From an uncultured Acidobacteriota bacterium (GTDB lineage Bacteria > Acidobacteriota > Thermoanaerobaculia > Gp7-AA8), in contig CAWGHO010000002.1 in the NCBI GenBank assembly GCA_963822445.1, forward strand, positions 896,001-960,000: 64,000 nt of DNA, given 5' to 3'. Each line of letters starts with the position of its first letter. The first letter of the stretch is position 1. This document shows positions 29,577-39,824 of this stretch, in pieces. The position numbers and the translations under genes are program-made. Under the pieces are notes generated by a model. The model was not told where the DNA came from. It did no database searches and worked only from the letters and a program-made list of their open reading frames with translations.

Positions 29577-31379
29577 ATGGCTGAGCAACCGGTCGGTGCT
29601 CGTGCGCGATTCAAGACCATCGCGACCGAGAACAGCATTCCTATCGAAGCCGACGATCTCCTCGTCCTGGCGCGGCGTTATGCCGACCAGGGGATGTACG
29701 ACGAGTCGATCCACCTCTTCGAGATGGCCGAGAAGCTCAAGCCCGGCTCGGTCTCGCTCCGCATCAATCTGGCCCGCGTCCGCGATCTGAAGAAGCAGGC
29801 CGAGGAGATGCGGTATGCGCTGGTGAAGTCGGAGGTGATCGGGGAGCGGGCCCGCGACGAGATCGACTCCTCGCAGTACGTCGGCCTCGCCCAGTACTAC
29901 ATGGCCAAAGACCAGACCTCGAAGGCCATCGAGCTCCTCGAGTTCGCGAAGCTCAAAACCCCGAACAACTACCGTCCCTTCGAGATCCTCGGCCGCCTCT
30001 ACTACTCCCAGGGCGAATGGACCAGCGCCCATGAAGAGATCTCCCAGGCCCGCAAGCTCAACCCGTTCGATCGCGGCCTGGCCGAGATCTCCGGCCGCAT
30101 CCAGTTCGAGCTGAAGAACTTCGATCGCTCGCTCGAGGACTTCATCGACGCCTTTCTCCTGGCAACCGACCAGAAGGGCGAATCGACCGAGCCGGTGCGG
30201 CGGATGATCAACACGCTCAAACGCATCCACAACATCGACTCCAAGGATCTCAACGTGCGCATCAAAGAGCGCGTCGAGAACCTGCAGCTCTCCACCGAAC
30301 GCCTCGAGATCCGGAAGGAAAACCTCTTCCGCCTCGACACGAAGAAAGACCTCAAGACCATCCTCGACAAGATCACCCGCGCCGAAGAGAAGCGCGAGGA
30401 TCTCATCACCGTCTCGCACGACCTGCGCAAGCTTCGCGTCTTCCAGCACATGAAGGACGAGCAGATCTTCCGTCTGTCGAAGTTCGCGCGGGTCGAGGGA
30501 TTCACTCACGACGACTACGTTTTCCGCGCGGAAGACCGGTCGATGGATTTCTACGTCGTCCGCGAAGGGCGCATCGAGATCCGCAAGGACACGCCGTTCG
30601 GCCCGCAGATCCTCGGCGCGCTCGTCGCCGACACGATCTTCGGCGAGATGAACTTCATCGATCGCACACATCGCTCCAGCGACGCCGTCGCGGTCGAGCC
30701 GTCGGCCGCGTACACGTTCTCCTTCAGCGCGCTCGACCAGTTGATGGACGAAGACAAGGAGCTCGCCGTCGGCCTGCACTGGGCGTTCTGGCGCTCGCTC
30801 GCGGAAAAAGTCCGCGACGCGAACGAGCAGCTGAAGCTCTTCTTCCAGGAAGACGCGAAGAAGGGGCAGGGCCGCAAGCGCGTCGACGGCAAGCGGGAGA
30901 TGCAGCAGGTCACCGTGAAGTCGGAGGACAAGGTCGACCTGTTCCGCGAGCGCGGTCTGTCCGCCGCTGAAATGAAACTGCTGGCCACGTTCTCGAGCGA
31001 GGAACGGTTCGCCGAGGGATCGATGATCTTCCGCGAGGGCGAGAAGGGCGACAAGCTGTACATCGTCCTCGACGGCCGGGTGCGCATCTCCAAGTTCATC
31101 CCCGGCGTCGGCGAGGAAGCGCTGGCCGTGCTCGACCGCGGCGATTTCTTCGGTGAGATGGCCCTGATCGACGACAAGCCGCGTTCAGCGGATGCAAAGG
31201 CGCACGAGCAGGACGCGACGGTGCTCTCGATCGATCGGGCGACGCTGAACGAGATCCTGTCGATGGATCCGCATGCATCCCTGCAGTTCCTCAACCTGCT
31301 CTGCCGGATGATCAGCCGCCGCCTGCGCGAGATCAACGACAAGATCGTGCAGTGGAAGTACATGAGCGGCGGTTTTTGA
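29577..31379 (+). CDS. TPR-repeat protein with two cyclic-nucleotide-binding domains
   Basis: N-terminal TPRs; FGEMNFID...RSSDA and FGEMALIDDKPRSADA cNMP cassettes; no HTH. Start at ATG 29577. Confidence 0.87.
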   Translation: MAEQPVGARARFKTIATENSIPIEADDLLVLARRYADQGMYDESIHLFEMAEKLKPGSVSLRINLARVRDLKKQAEEMRYALVKSEVIGERARDEIDSSQYVGLAQYYMAKDQTSKAIELLEFAKLKTPNNYRPFEILGRLYYSQGEWTSAHEEISQARKLNPFDRGLAEISGRIQFELKNFDRSLEDFIDAFLLATDQKGESTEPVRRMINTLKRIHNIDSKDLNVRIKERVENLQLSTERLEIRKENLFRLDTKKDLKTILDKITRAEEKREDLITVSHDLRKLRVFQHMKDEQIFRLSKFARVEGFTHDDYVFRAEDRSMDFYVVREGRIEIRKDTPFGPQILGALVADTIFGEMNFIDRTHRSSDAVAVEPSAAYTFSFSALDQLMDEDKELAVGLHWAFWRSLAEKVRDANEQLKLFFQEDAKKGQGRKRVDGKREMQQVTVKSEDKVDLFRERGLSAAEMKLLATFSSEERFAEGSMIFREGEKGDKLYIVLDGRVRISKFIPGVGEEALAVLDRGDFFGEMALIDDKPRSADAKAHEQDATVLSIDRATLNEILSMDPHASLQFLNLLCRMISRRLREINDKIVQWKYMSGGF

Positions 31380-31382
31380 GCT

Positions 31383-32231
31383 TTGACCGTCCTCCTCACC
31401 TTTCTTCTTCTCTTCCTCGTCCTCTGGCTTTTCTTCTACGCGTTTCTTCCGCTGATCGAGAAGCTTCTCGGCCGCGCGGCGCACTTCACCGCGAAGTTCC
31501 GCTATCGCGATTACCTCCCGGTGCTCATCGTGCTCGGCATCGGCATCGTGGCCACGTCGTTCGCCGGTGACGCGTTCCTCGATCTCGCGGAGCGGCTGCA
31601 GGCCGAGTCGTCGCGGATGCATGAGGTCGATCGCGAGGTTCACCAGTGGGCGCGAACCGCTCACACGGACGGATCGACGCGCTTCTTCACCATTCTCACG
31701 ATCATCGGCACGCCGGTCGGCCTCGGAATCATCGTCGCCGTCATCGCGGCGATTCTCGCGATCCGCAAGCGGTGGCGCTGGGCGGCCTATCTCGTCTTCA
31801 CGTCACTCGTGGGCGGGCTGCTCAATCTGCAGCTCAAGGCGTTTTTCGCCCGCGCGCGGCCCGATCTCGCCGAAGCGCTGCGCCACACCAGCGGCTATTC
31901 ATTTCCCAGCGGCCACGCGATGGGCGCGATGGTCGTGTTCGGCGCGCTGAGTTACCTCGCGTTTCGCGCGATACCGAACTGGCGCGAGCGCGCGGCGGCG
32001 GTGGCCCTCTCCGTTTCGATGATCGCCGCCATCGCCACCTCCCGCATCTACCTCGGCGTGCACTGGATCTCCGACATCGGCGCCGGCCTGGCCGCGGGCG
32101 TGATCTGGCTGGTGGCGACGACCGTCGCATACGAGGCGTTCCGGAGGATCAGGATGATCCGGTCGTTGCGGAAGAAACGCTCCGATCACGAAGACGCGGC
32201 GTCTTCCGCGCGCACCTCGCGCGGCGAGTAG
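31383..32231 (+). CDS. PAP2-family membrane phosphatase
   Basis: K....RARP, SFPSGHA, SRIYLGVHW.SD. Confidence 0.92.
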   Translation: MTVLLTFLLLFLVLWLFFYAFLPLIEKLLGRAAHFTAKFRYRDYLPVLIVLGIGIVATSFAGDAFLDLAERLQAESSRMHEVDREVHQWARTAHTDGSTRFFTILTIIGTPVGLGIIVAVIAAILAIRKRWRWAAYLVFTSLVGGLLNLQLKAFFARARPDLAEALRHTSGYSFPSGHAMGAMVVFGALSYLAFRAIPNWRERAAAVALSVSMIAAIATSRIYLGVHWISDIGAGLAAGVIWLVATTVAYEAFRRIRMIRSLRKKRSDHEDAASSARTSRGE

Positions 32232-33613
32232 AGCTCGCGCACGAGACGGCCGATCGACATCCGGTCCAGCGCCGCGGTCGTGCACGAGTTGAGGCGGTTG
32301 AACAGATCGCCGACGGCCTCGCGCTCGCGGTCCGGGGACCCGGTCTCGGGCAGGCGCCGCTGCACGCCTTCCATCTGCGTGACGACTTCATCGATGCTGA
32401 TGCGATCGGGATCGCACGCCGGAACGAAGCCGATCCACTCGCCGCCGACCGGCGCGACGAGCTTCGCGTCCTCGAGCTTGCGCAGCACGCGCAGCATCTG
32501 CGAGTCCGTCGTGCCGAACTGCTCGGCCAGCCGATACGTCGACGGCGGCTCTTCACGCCGGTCGAAGCGCCGGGCGATCTCGATCAATCCCCGCATCGCG
32601 AAGTAGAGATCGAACTCCGGCCTGTCGGCGACCTGCTGCGCCTCGGCACGCAGGATTCCGTAGAAGCTCTGCCAGACGTAGCTGATCTCGACGCCAAGGA
32701 GCACCACCACCCACATCACCTCGATGGCGACCAGGAACAGAATGGCCAGGCCGACCGTGCCATAGATGATGTTGAACCGGCCGCTCAGCAGTGTCGCCGC
32801 GTAGATGCCGAATCCCCAACGGACGAGCGTGAAAAGAGCCGTGGTGATGAGCGCGCCGAGCATGGCCGAGGTCATGCGCACACGGGCCGACGGAACGAGC
32901 CAGAAGACCATGGTGAAGCCGATGAAGAGCACGATCACCGGCACGATCACGAAAATCAGCTCGCCCTCGAAGAGAACGCGCAGGTAGCGGTTCCGCTGGA
33001 GCATCGAGGTGGTCGTCAGGGAAAGGCCCATGAGCAGCGGACCCCAGAAGAAGAGCATCGTGAAGGCGATGATTTTCTGTTTGTAACCGCGCGCGCTGCG
33101 GACCTTCCAGATCTGATTGACCGCCCCTTCGACCGCGAGAAAGAGACGGAAGGCGACGAACATGAAGACGATCACGCCGAGCGTCGATGCAGCAGAAGCG
33201 TTCTCCCGGAACCGCGCGAGGTGAGCCATCACCTGAGGCGACTGGTAAGGGATGACCGAATTGAGGATCACGTCGACCTGCCCCTGCAGCGCGGGAAACG
33301 CATTCTGAAAATATCTGCTCAGCGCGTAATTGAAGGCGACCAGCAGCGGGATGAGTGAGAGAAGCGTGGTGTAGGCCAGCGCCGCCGCCCGGGCCGTGGC
33401 CTCGCTGTTCCAGAACTCGCGCACGACCTCGCGGATGAAAAGGAAGAACTCGACGATCGTCGCGCGAGCCCGCTTCTGCCCGAACCCATGCCGCCGGTAA
33501 ACCAGCACGGCCGGGTCGGTCAGCCACGACCAGACAAGGCTGCGCGAGAGAACCAACCGGTTCGTCCATTTCTCCCGCCAGGTCATTGGCCGCTCTCTCG
33601 CGGGCTCGCCCAT
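32186..33613 (-). CDS. YihY/BrkB-family membrane protein with a C-terminal Rrf2-like winged helix
   Basis: AAALAYTTLLSLIP, N.IW, IYGTV...WVVVLLGVE; C-terminal L.KLEDA.LV....G.....DPDRISI.EV. Start uncertain (33613 or 33586). Confidence 0.85.
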   Translation of the reverse strand: MGEPARERPMTWREKWTNRLVLSRSLVWSWLTDPAVLVYRRHGFGQKRARATIVEFFLFIREVVREFWNSEATARAAALAYTTLLSLIPLLVAFNYALSRYFQNAFPALQGQVDVILNSVIPYQSPQVMAHLARFRENASAASTLGVIVFMFVAFRLFLAVEGAVNQIWKVRSARGYKQKIIAFTMLFFWGPLLMGLSLTTTSMLQRNRYLRVLFEGELIFVIVPVIVLFIGFTMVFWLVPSARVRMTSAMLGALITTALFTLVRWGFGIYAATLLSGRFNIIYGTVGLAILFLVAIEVMWVVVLLGVEISYVWQSFYGILRAEAQQVADRPEFDLYFAMRGLIEIARRFDRREEPPSTYRLAEQFGTTDSQMLRVLRKLEDAKLVAPVGGEWIGFVPACDPDRISIDEVVTQMEGVQRRLPETGSPDREREAVGDLFNRLNSCTTAALDRMSIGRLVRELYSPREVRAEDAASS

Positions 33614-33647
33614 TTGGAATGAGGATAAACGCAACTTGCGAGCCGAG

Positions 33648-33750
33648 CGGTTACGGGGTTACGAGGTTGCGGCGTTACGAGGTCGGCAGTTGTGCTGATT
33701 GGCCGTCCTCCTCGAAACCCCGTAACCCGTAACCTCGAAACCCAGCAACC
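33648..33750. repeat. Inverted octamer tandem array 2 (short, same family as array 1)
   Basis: CGGTTACGGGGTTACGAGGTTGCGGCGTTACGAGG ... CCTCGAAACCCCGTAACCCGTAACCTCGAAACCCAGCAACC; between divergent genes. Confidence 0.85.
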
Positions 33751-33770
33751 AACTTGCATAATGGCTGAGC

Positions 33771-34289
33771 GTGCCTACCTCCAAACCCCTCATCCCCGAG
33801 GTGATCGAGCCTGACGAGAAGATTCCCCAGGACCTGCTGGCGCTGCGCAATTTTGCGCGGCTGATGGATCAGGCCTTTCCGATACCGGGGACGAACATCC
33901 GGGTCGGACTGGACGCCGTGGTCGGGCTGATTCCGGGAGTCGGCGACGTCGTCGGCGGGATCATGTCCACCTGGATCATCCTCGGCGCGCTCCGGCATCG
34001 CGTGCGGGCCGGGATCATCATGCGGATGATCCTCAACGTCGTCATCGACCTCCTGTTCGGCGCGGTTCCCGTGGCCGGCGACGTCTTCGACTTCATGTTC
34101 GAAGAGAACATGCGCAACATGCGGCTGCTCGAGCTGCATCGCGACCGCCGCCGCCCACCGCGGTCGACCGGCGAGATCGCGCTCGTGTTCACGCTCATCC
34201 TCTGCTTCGTCATCGCCGTGGCCCTCGGCCTGGTGATGGGAGTGATCGCGCTGGTCCTCTGGGCCATCGCGCAGAGGGCGCAGGTCTAG
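33771..34289 (+). CDS. DUF4112-domain membrane protein
   Basis: LMDQAFPIPGT.IRVGLDAVVGLIPGVGD...G.VPVAGDVFD..F..N.RN. Confidence 0.9.
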   Translation: MPTSKPLIPEVIEPDEKIPQDLLALRNFARLMDQAFPIPGTNIRVGLDAVVGLIPGVGDVVGGIMSTWIILGALRHRVRAGIIMRMILNVVIDLLFGAVPVAGDVFDFMFEENMRNMRLLELHRDRRRPPRSTGEIALVFTLILCFVIAVALGLVMGVIALVLWAIAQRAQV

Positions 34290-35555
34290 ATGGGCCTCAC
34301 CTTCTTCCGTCGGCGTAAACCGCCGCGCTATCCGGGCCGCCCTACTCTGCCCATGGTCCGCCGCCGGAGTCCGGTGCGGTACCACATGAGGCATCAGTTC
34401 GGCGTCCGCGACGTCGCGTTCCTGCAGACCATGCACGCGCTGACCGGGGCGGCGTTGTACGAGGGCAATCGCGTCGAGGTCCTGCGCAACGGCGTGCAGA
34501 TCTTTCCGTCGATGCTCTCCGCGATCAGGATCGCGAAGAAGACCATCAGCGTCGAGTTCTACATCTACTGGGACGGCGAGGTCGGCCGCACGTTCGCGCA
34601 GGCGCTGGCCGAGCGCGCTCGCGCGGGCGTGAAAGTGAACGTGATTCTCGACGCGGTCGGCTCGTCGTCGATGTCCGGCGATCTGATCGACTTCATGCGC
34701 CGCAACGGCATCGCCGTTGAGTGGTACCACCCGCTGCGCTGGTACAACCTGTCGCGCGTCAATCACCGCACCCACCGCAAACTGCTCATCGTCGACGGAG
34801 AAGTCGGCTTCTGCGGGGGCGTGGGCATCGCCGACGTCTGGCAGGGAGACGCCGACGCGCACGATCACTGGCGCGAGACCGTGGTGCGCGTCGAAGGTCC
34901 CGCGGTCACGCAGATGCAGTTCGCGTTCATGGACAACTGGATCAAGAGCCGCGGAGAGCTGCTGACCGGACTCGATTACTTCCCGCAGATCGAGCGCCGC
35001 GGCGATTGCCTGACCCAGGTTCTCAAGTCCTCGCCGTCGGAAGGATCGTCGGCGGCGAAGCTGATGTTCATCGTCTCGATCGTCAGCGCGAAGAAGTCGA
35101 TCTACATCTCCAGCGCGTACTTTCTGCCCGATCGCGACACGATCCGCGCGTTCGAAGGGGCGGTGCGCCGCGGAGTCGACGTGCGGGTGATCGTGCCCGG
35201 CGAGTACACCGACGTTCCCATCGCCCGGCATGCGGGAAGGCTCTACTACGGCCACCTGCTGCGCCGCGGCATCCGCATCTTCGAGTATCAGCCGACGATG
35301 ATGCACGCCAAGACCATGGTCGTGGACGGCATCTGGACGACCATCGGCTCCTCGAACTTCGACGACCGCTCCTTCCGCCTCAACGACGAAGTGAACGTGA
35401 ACATCTTCGACGAGTCCATCGCCGCGCAGATGGAACAGATGTTCTTCGAAGACCTCGCCCGCAGCGAGGAGATCACCCGCCGCCGCTGGGTCACCCGGCC
35501 GTGGATGGACCGGCTGAAGGAACGGGTGGCGGGGTGGTTGAAGCCGCAGTTGTGA
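34290..35555 (+). CDS. cls: Cardiolipin synthase (ClsB-like, phospholipase D family)
   Basis: Two HKD motifs (HRKLLIVD, HAKTMVVD), GSSNFD.RSF.LNDE. Confidence 0.9.
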   Translation: MGLTFFRRRKPPRYPGRPTLPMVRRRSPVRYHMRHQFGVRDVAFLQTMHALTGAALYEGNRVEVLRNGVQIFPSMLSAIRIAKKTISVEFYIYWDGEVGRTFAQALAERARAGVKVNVILDAVGSSSMSGDLIDFMRRNGIAVEWYHPLRWYNLSRVNHRTHRKLLIVDGEVGFCGGVGIADVWQGDADAHDHWRETVVRVEGPAVTQMQFAFMDNWIKSRGELLTGLDYFPQIERRGDCLTQVLKSSPSEGSSAAKLMFIVSIVSAKKSIYISSAYFLPDRDTIRAFEGAVRRGVDVRVIVPGEYTDVPIARHAGRLYYGHLLRRGIRIFEYQPTMMHAKTMVVDGIWTTIGSSNFDDRSFRLNDEVNVNIFDESIAAQMEQMFFEDLARSEEITRRRWVTRPWMDRLKERVAGWLKPQL

Positions 35556-35641
35556 AGGCTCAGAGGCTCAAAGGCTCAGAGGCTCAAAGGCACGACGACG
35601 CTACCGCTTTGAGCCCTTGAGCCTTTGCGCCTTTGCGCCTT
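35556..35641. repeat. Inverted octamer tandem array 3 (different unit)
   Basis: (AGGCTCAR)x4 AGGCAC ... CTTTGAGC CCTTGAGC (CTTTGCGC)x2; fills the whole gap between convergent cls and gnd. Confidence 0.88.
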
Positions 35642-37038
35642 CATTCCCAGTCCGTATGCACAAACGCCCCATCACCATCAACGCGCTGATACGTGTGCGC
35701 CCCAAAGAAATCGCGTTGGGCCTGGGTCAGGTTCTGCGGCAGCTCGGCAGTGCGGTAGCTGTCGAAGTAGGCCAGTGACGCGGAGAACGCGGGGACGGCG
35801 ATGCCGTTCGTCTGGGCGAAGGTGACGCTGCGGCGCCACTGCGGTTGCATCGCGGCGATGTCCGAGCGGAAGGCGTCGTCGAGCAGGAGATTGGTAATGT
35901 CCGCCCGGCGCTGATAGGCGCGCATGATCGAGTCGAGGAACTTCGCGCGGATGATGCATCCCGCCTTCCAGATGCGCGCGATCTCCTGCATGTCGATGTT
36001 CCACTTCCACTCGCGCGAACCGGCTTGAATCAGGGCCATGCCTTGCGCGTAGGAGCAAACTTTTGCGGCGTACAACGCGTCGTGAACGTCGCGAATGAAC
36101 GCTTCGCGATCATTCACCGCGACCTGCAGCGACGATCCGAGCAGCTTGCTCGCCGCGACGCGCTCCTCCTTCATCGACGACAACACCCGCGCGTCGATGG
36201 CCGCGGCGATGGTCGGGATGGGCACGGCCAGATCGAGCGCAACCTGCGCCGTCAGCTTGCCCGTCCCCTTCTGCCCAGCCTTGTCGAGAATCTTTTCGAC
36301 GAGCGGGTCTCCGGTCTGCGGATCGCGGACGCGGAAGATCTTCGCGGTGATCTCGATGAGGAACGACTGCAGCGGTCCGCGGTTCCATTCGTCGAAGATG
36401 TCCGCCAGTTCCTCCGCGGTCGCCCCCAGCCCCCGCCGCAACAGGTCATAAGCCTCGGCGATGAGCTGCATGTCGCCGTACTCGATGCCGTTGTGCACCA
36501 TCTTCACGAAGTGCCCGGCGCCGTCGGGACCGCAGTACGTGACGCATGCGCCCGAGTCGCTCTTCGCGGCAATCGCCTCGAAGATCTCGCGGATGCTCTC
36601 CCACGATTCGCGCGTCCCGCCCGGCATCAGCGACGGACCGAAGCGCGCGCCGTCTTCACCGCCGGAAACGCCGGAGCCGACGAAGTGAAGCTTCTGCTCG
36701 ATCAACCGCGCGGCGCGGACCTGCGTGTCTTTGAACCAGGAGTTGCCGCCGTCGATGACCACGTCCCCTTCGTCGAGGAGCGGCATCAGCTTGGTCAGCA
36801 TCTCGTCGACCGGCGCGCCGGCCTTGATCATCATCATGATCCGCCGCGGCCGTTCGAGCGCCGCGACGAATTCCTGGAGCGTGGTCGTGCCGGTCATGCC
36901 CGGGTGCGCGGCGACGAACTTCTTCGTCGTTTCAGGCTCGCGATTCCAGACCGCGACGCGGAAGCCGTGATCGGCGACGTTGAGAGCGAGGTTCGAGCCC
37001 ATCACCGCCAGACCGATCATCCCGAACTGCGCAGTCAT
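35641..37038 (-). CDS. gnd: NADP-dependent 6-phosphogluconate dehydrogenase
   Basis: GLAVMG, DGGNS, VSGGE.GAR.GPS.MPGG, VKMVHNGIEYGDMQ, QAQRDFFGAHTY. Confidence 0.97.
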   Translation of the reverse strand: MTAQFGMIGLAVMGSNLALNVADHGFRVAVWNREPETTKKFVAAHPGMTGTTTLQEFVAALERPRRIMMMIKAGAPVDEMLTKLMPLLDEGDVVIDGGNSWFKDTQVRAARLIEQKLHFVGSGVSGGEDGARFGPSLMPGGTRESWESIREIFEAIAAKSDSGACVTYCGPDGAGHFVKMVHNGIEYGDMQLIAEAYDLLRRGLGATAEELADIFDEWNRGPLQSFLIEITAKIFRVRDPQTGDPLVEKILDKAGQKGTGKLTAQVALDLAVPIPTIAAAIDARVLSSMKEERVAASKLLGSSLQVAVNDREAFIRDVHDALYAAKVCSYAQGMALIQAGSREWKWNIDMQEIARIWKAGCIIRAKFLDSIMRAYQRRADITNLLLDDAFRSDIAAMQPQWRRSVTFAQTNGIAVPAFSASLAYFDSYRTAELPQNLTQAQRDFFGAHTYQRVDGDGAFVHTDWE

Positions 37039-39786
37039 GCTTTTACGACCGCCGTACGAACCGCCTTTTCCAGCTGATCGAGACCTTCTTCCGGGTCGCC
37101 GAGGTCGATGCTGATGACGCGGCGGTCGCGGTTGGCGAGGGAGACGACGTCACCGATGGCCTGCGAGCGGACCAGATCGCCGAAATGGAACTTCTCGCCG
37201 GGAATCGACACGTCGACGTCGATCGGCGCGCCGCCGGTGAGCTGGAGATACACGCCGTTGTCCGCGCCGCCCTTGTGCAGCTGGCCGGTGGAGTGGAGGA
37301 AGCGCGGGCCGTAGCCGCTGGTCGTGGCCACGCGGCGCTCGCGGGCGATGATCTCGCGGATCGCGGCGATCTTCTCCTCGCGGACATCCGTCTCGCCGAA
37401 GTACTGCGTCAGCGCGACGTAATCGCCCGGCTTCACTTTCGCGAGCACCGCGGCGATGGCGTCGGTATCGCCGGCCTTCACGCGCTGCACGGGCTTGCCG
37501 GTGGGCGACATCGTGCCCTTTTCGGTGAACTCCGCGAGCAGCTGTTTGGTGTTGTCTTTCGATTCCTGCACGTTCGGCTGATCGAACGCGTTCACGCCAA
37601 TCACCCAGCTCGCAACGGCCGTTGCGAATTCGAAAAGGAAGAACGTCTCGCCGAGGTCGAGCGGGTCTTCGAGGACGATGTCGATGACGGGATGGCCGGC
37701 CGCGGCGAGCTCGCGCAGCCGATTCGTGTCATCGCTGCGGCGCAGGCGCACGGAGACGAAGAGGCGATCGTTGCTGTACTCGTTCGCGGCCAGCGCGGGC
37801 TCGCCGGCGATCGGAACGATTCCCTTGCCCTCTTTGCCCGTGCTCTCCGCGATGAGCTGCTCGATCCAGAGTCCGAGCGTATCCAGCGGCCGCGGCGTGA
37901 TCAGCGTCAGCTTGTCGCGTCCCTGCAACGCCATTCCACCGATGACGGCGCCGAGCAGCGCGGCCGGGTTCTTCTTGACGGACGGAATGGTCGAGACATG
38001 CGCCGCATGCGCGGCGCGATCGAGCACTTCCTTCACGTCGACGCCGGTCAGCGCCATGGGCACGATGCCGAAATGCGACAGCGCCGAGTAGCGTCCGCCG
38101 ATGTCGGCCTGATTGAGGAAGATAGCCCGGAAATTGTCCCGCTTCGCATCCTCGGCGAGCTGCGAGCCGGGATCGGTGATGGCGATGAAGTTCTCACCGT
38201 TCTTCACCAGGCCATAAAAGTAACGGTGGAACATCAACGGCTCGGTCGTCGAGCCGGACTTCGACGCGACGATGAACAGCGTCCGCTCGACGTTCACGGT
38301 CTTGACCAGCGCCGCGACGGCTTCCGGAACAGTCGAGTCCAGCACCAGCAGCTCCGGATTCCCCTGGCGGTTGCGGAAACACACGCCGCACGACTTCCGA
38401 GACCAGGCTCGATCCGCCCATCCCCAGGACCACGACGTGATCGAAGCGGCCTTTGACGCTTTCCACGAGCTCGAGGACGGGGCCGAGATTTGCCGCAGTG
38501 TTCTTCGGAGCATCGAGCCAGCCCAGCGAGTTGGCGATGATCTTCGCGTTCGCTTCATCGCTCTTCCACAGCGAGGCGTCGCGCTTCCAGATCCGCGAGA
38601 CGACCCTTTCCTTGTCCGCGCGGGCGATCACTTCGTCGACGTTGATTCCGTGCAGCGTCACGCGATCGGGCAGACCGCGAACCACCGCGTCGCGCCGCGC
38701 TTCGATCGTCAGCATCAGATCGTCGAAGGAGTCATTGAACGATTTGACGCCTTCCGCGGTCAGCTTCTTCGTGATCGCGTCGAGGCTGAAGCCTTTGGCC
38801 TCGAAAGTGTCGAGCACCTTGCGCGCTTCATCGACGTCTTTTTCGATCGTCAGCTCGACGACGCCGTGATCTTTGAAGGCGTCGTAGGTCGCGGGCGGAA
38901 TGGTGTTGACGGTATCGGCGCCGATGAGGGATTCGATGTAGAGCACGTCGCGATACTTCGGATTCTTCGTTCCGGTCGATGCCCACAACGGGCGCTGCAC
39001 GCGCGCACCTTTGTCGCGCAGTTTGGTGAAGCGCTCGCTGGTGAAGATCTCTCTGAAGAGTTGATAGGCCATCTTCGCGTTGGCGATGGCGATCTTGCCG
39101 AGGAGCGGTTCCAGTGACGGATCGTCCTTCAGCTTCGCTTCGAGCTGCTTGTCCGCCTGCGTGTCGATGCGGCTGACGAAGAAGCTGGCCACGGACGCGA
39201 TGTTGCCGATGTCCTGGCCCTGGGCCGCGCGCTGCTCGAGTCCCCGCAGGTAGGCTTCGATCACCTGCGCGTAAACCTCGTTCGAGAAGATCAGCGTGAC
39301 GTTGACGTTGATGCCCGCGGCGATGGTCTTCTCGATCGCCGGGATTCCTTCGGGCGTCGCCGGAATCTTGATCATCAGATTCGGCCGGGCCACGCGCTTG
39401 AACAACCGCTCGGCCTCGAACACAGTATTCGCGGTGTCGCCGGCGAGCAGCGGCGAGACTTCGAGACTGACGTAGCCGTCGTCGCCGTTGGTTTTGTCGT
39501 ACACGGGGCGGAAGACGTCCGCGGCGTTGCTGATGTCTTCGATCACCAGCTCGTCGTAGATCTCGTCGCGCGACTTGCCCTGTGCGGCAAGCATGCGCAG
39601 CTGCGCGTCGTAGTCTTCGCTGCCGCCGATGGCCTTCTCGAAGATGGTCGGGTTCGAGGTCAGACCGCGGAGGTCGTCCTCATCGATCATCTGCTGGAGC
39701 TTTCCGGTGGTGACGAGCTTCCGCTCCATCTGATCGAACCAGACGCTCTGGCCGGCTTTGGCGAGTTGCCCGAGGGGGTTGGTCAT
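37035..39786 (-). CDS. tal-pgi: Bifunctional transaldolase/phosphoglucose isomerase, frameshifted at the G4 run 38361-38364
   Basis: Transaldolase motifs (GLTSNPTIF, IKIPAT, SFFVSR, QRPLWAST) then PGI motifs (GMGGSSL in one frame; ASKSGSTTE, IGGRYS, EQLIAESTGK, FDQPNVQESK in the other). Confidence 0.9.
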
Positions 39787-39824
39787 GCGTGCCTCCGTGA
39801 GGGCGTAAGCCTACTACTCAGACC

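Noticed and set aside
29556-30779. Long N-terminal extension of the AttH-like ORF, and the 28740 extension of the TPR-cNMP ORF
   Set aside because: Each extension is the antisense of the other real gene; plausible starts are GTG 29555 and ATG 29577.
31646-35306. Long alternative-frame ORFs (570 aa +, 543 aa -) and many similar Arg/Ala-rich ORFs across the window
   Set aside because: They overlap well-supported genes, have biased composition and show no family motifs.
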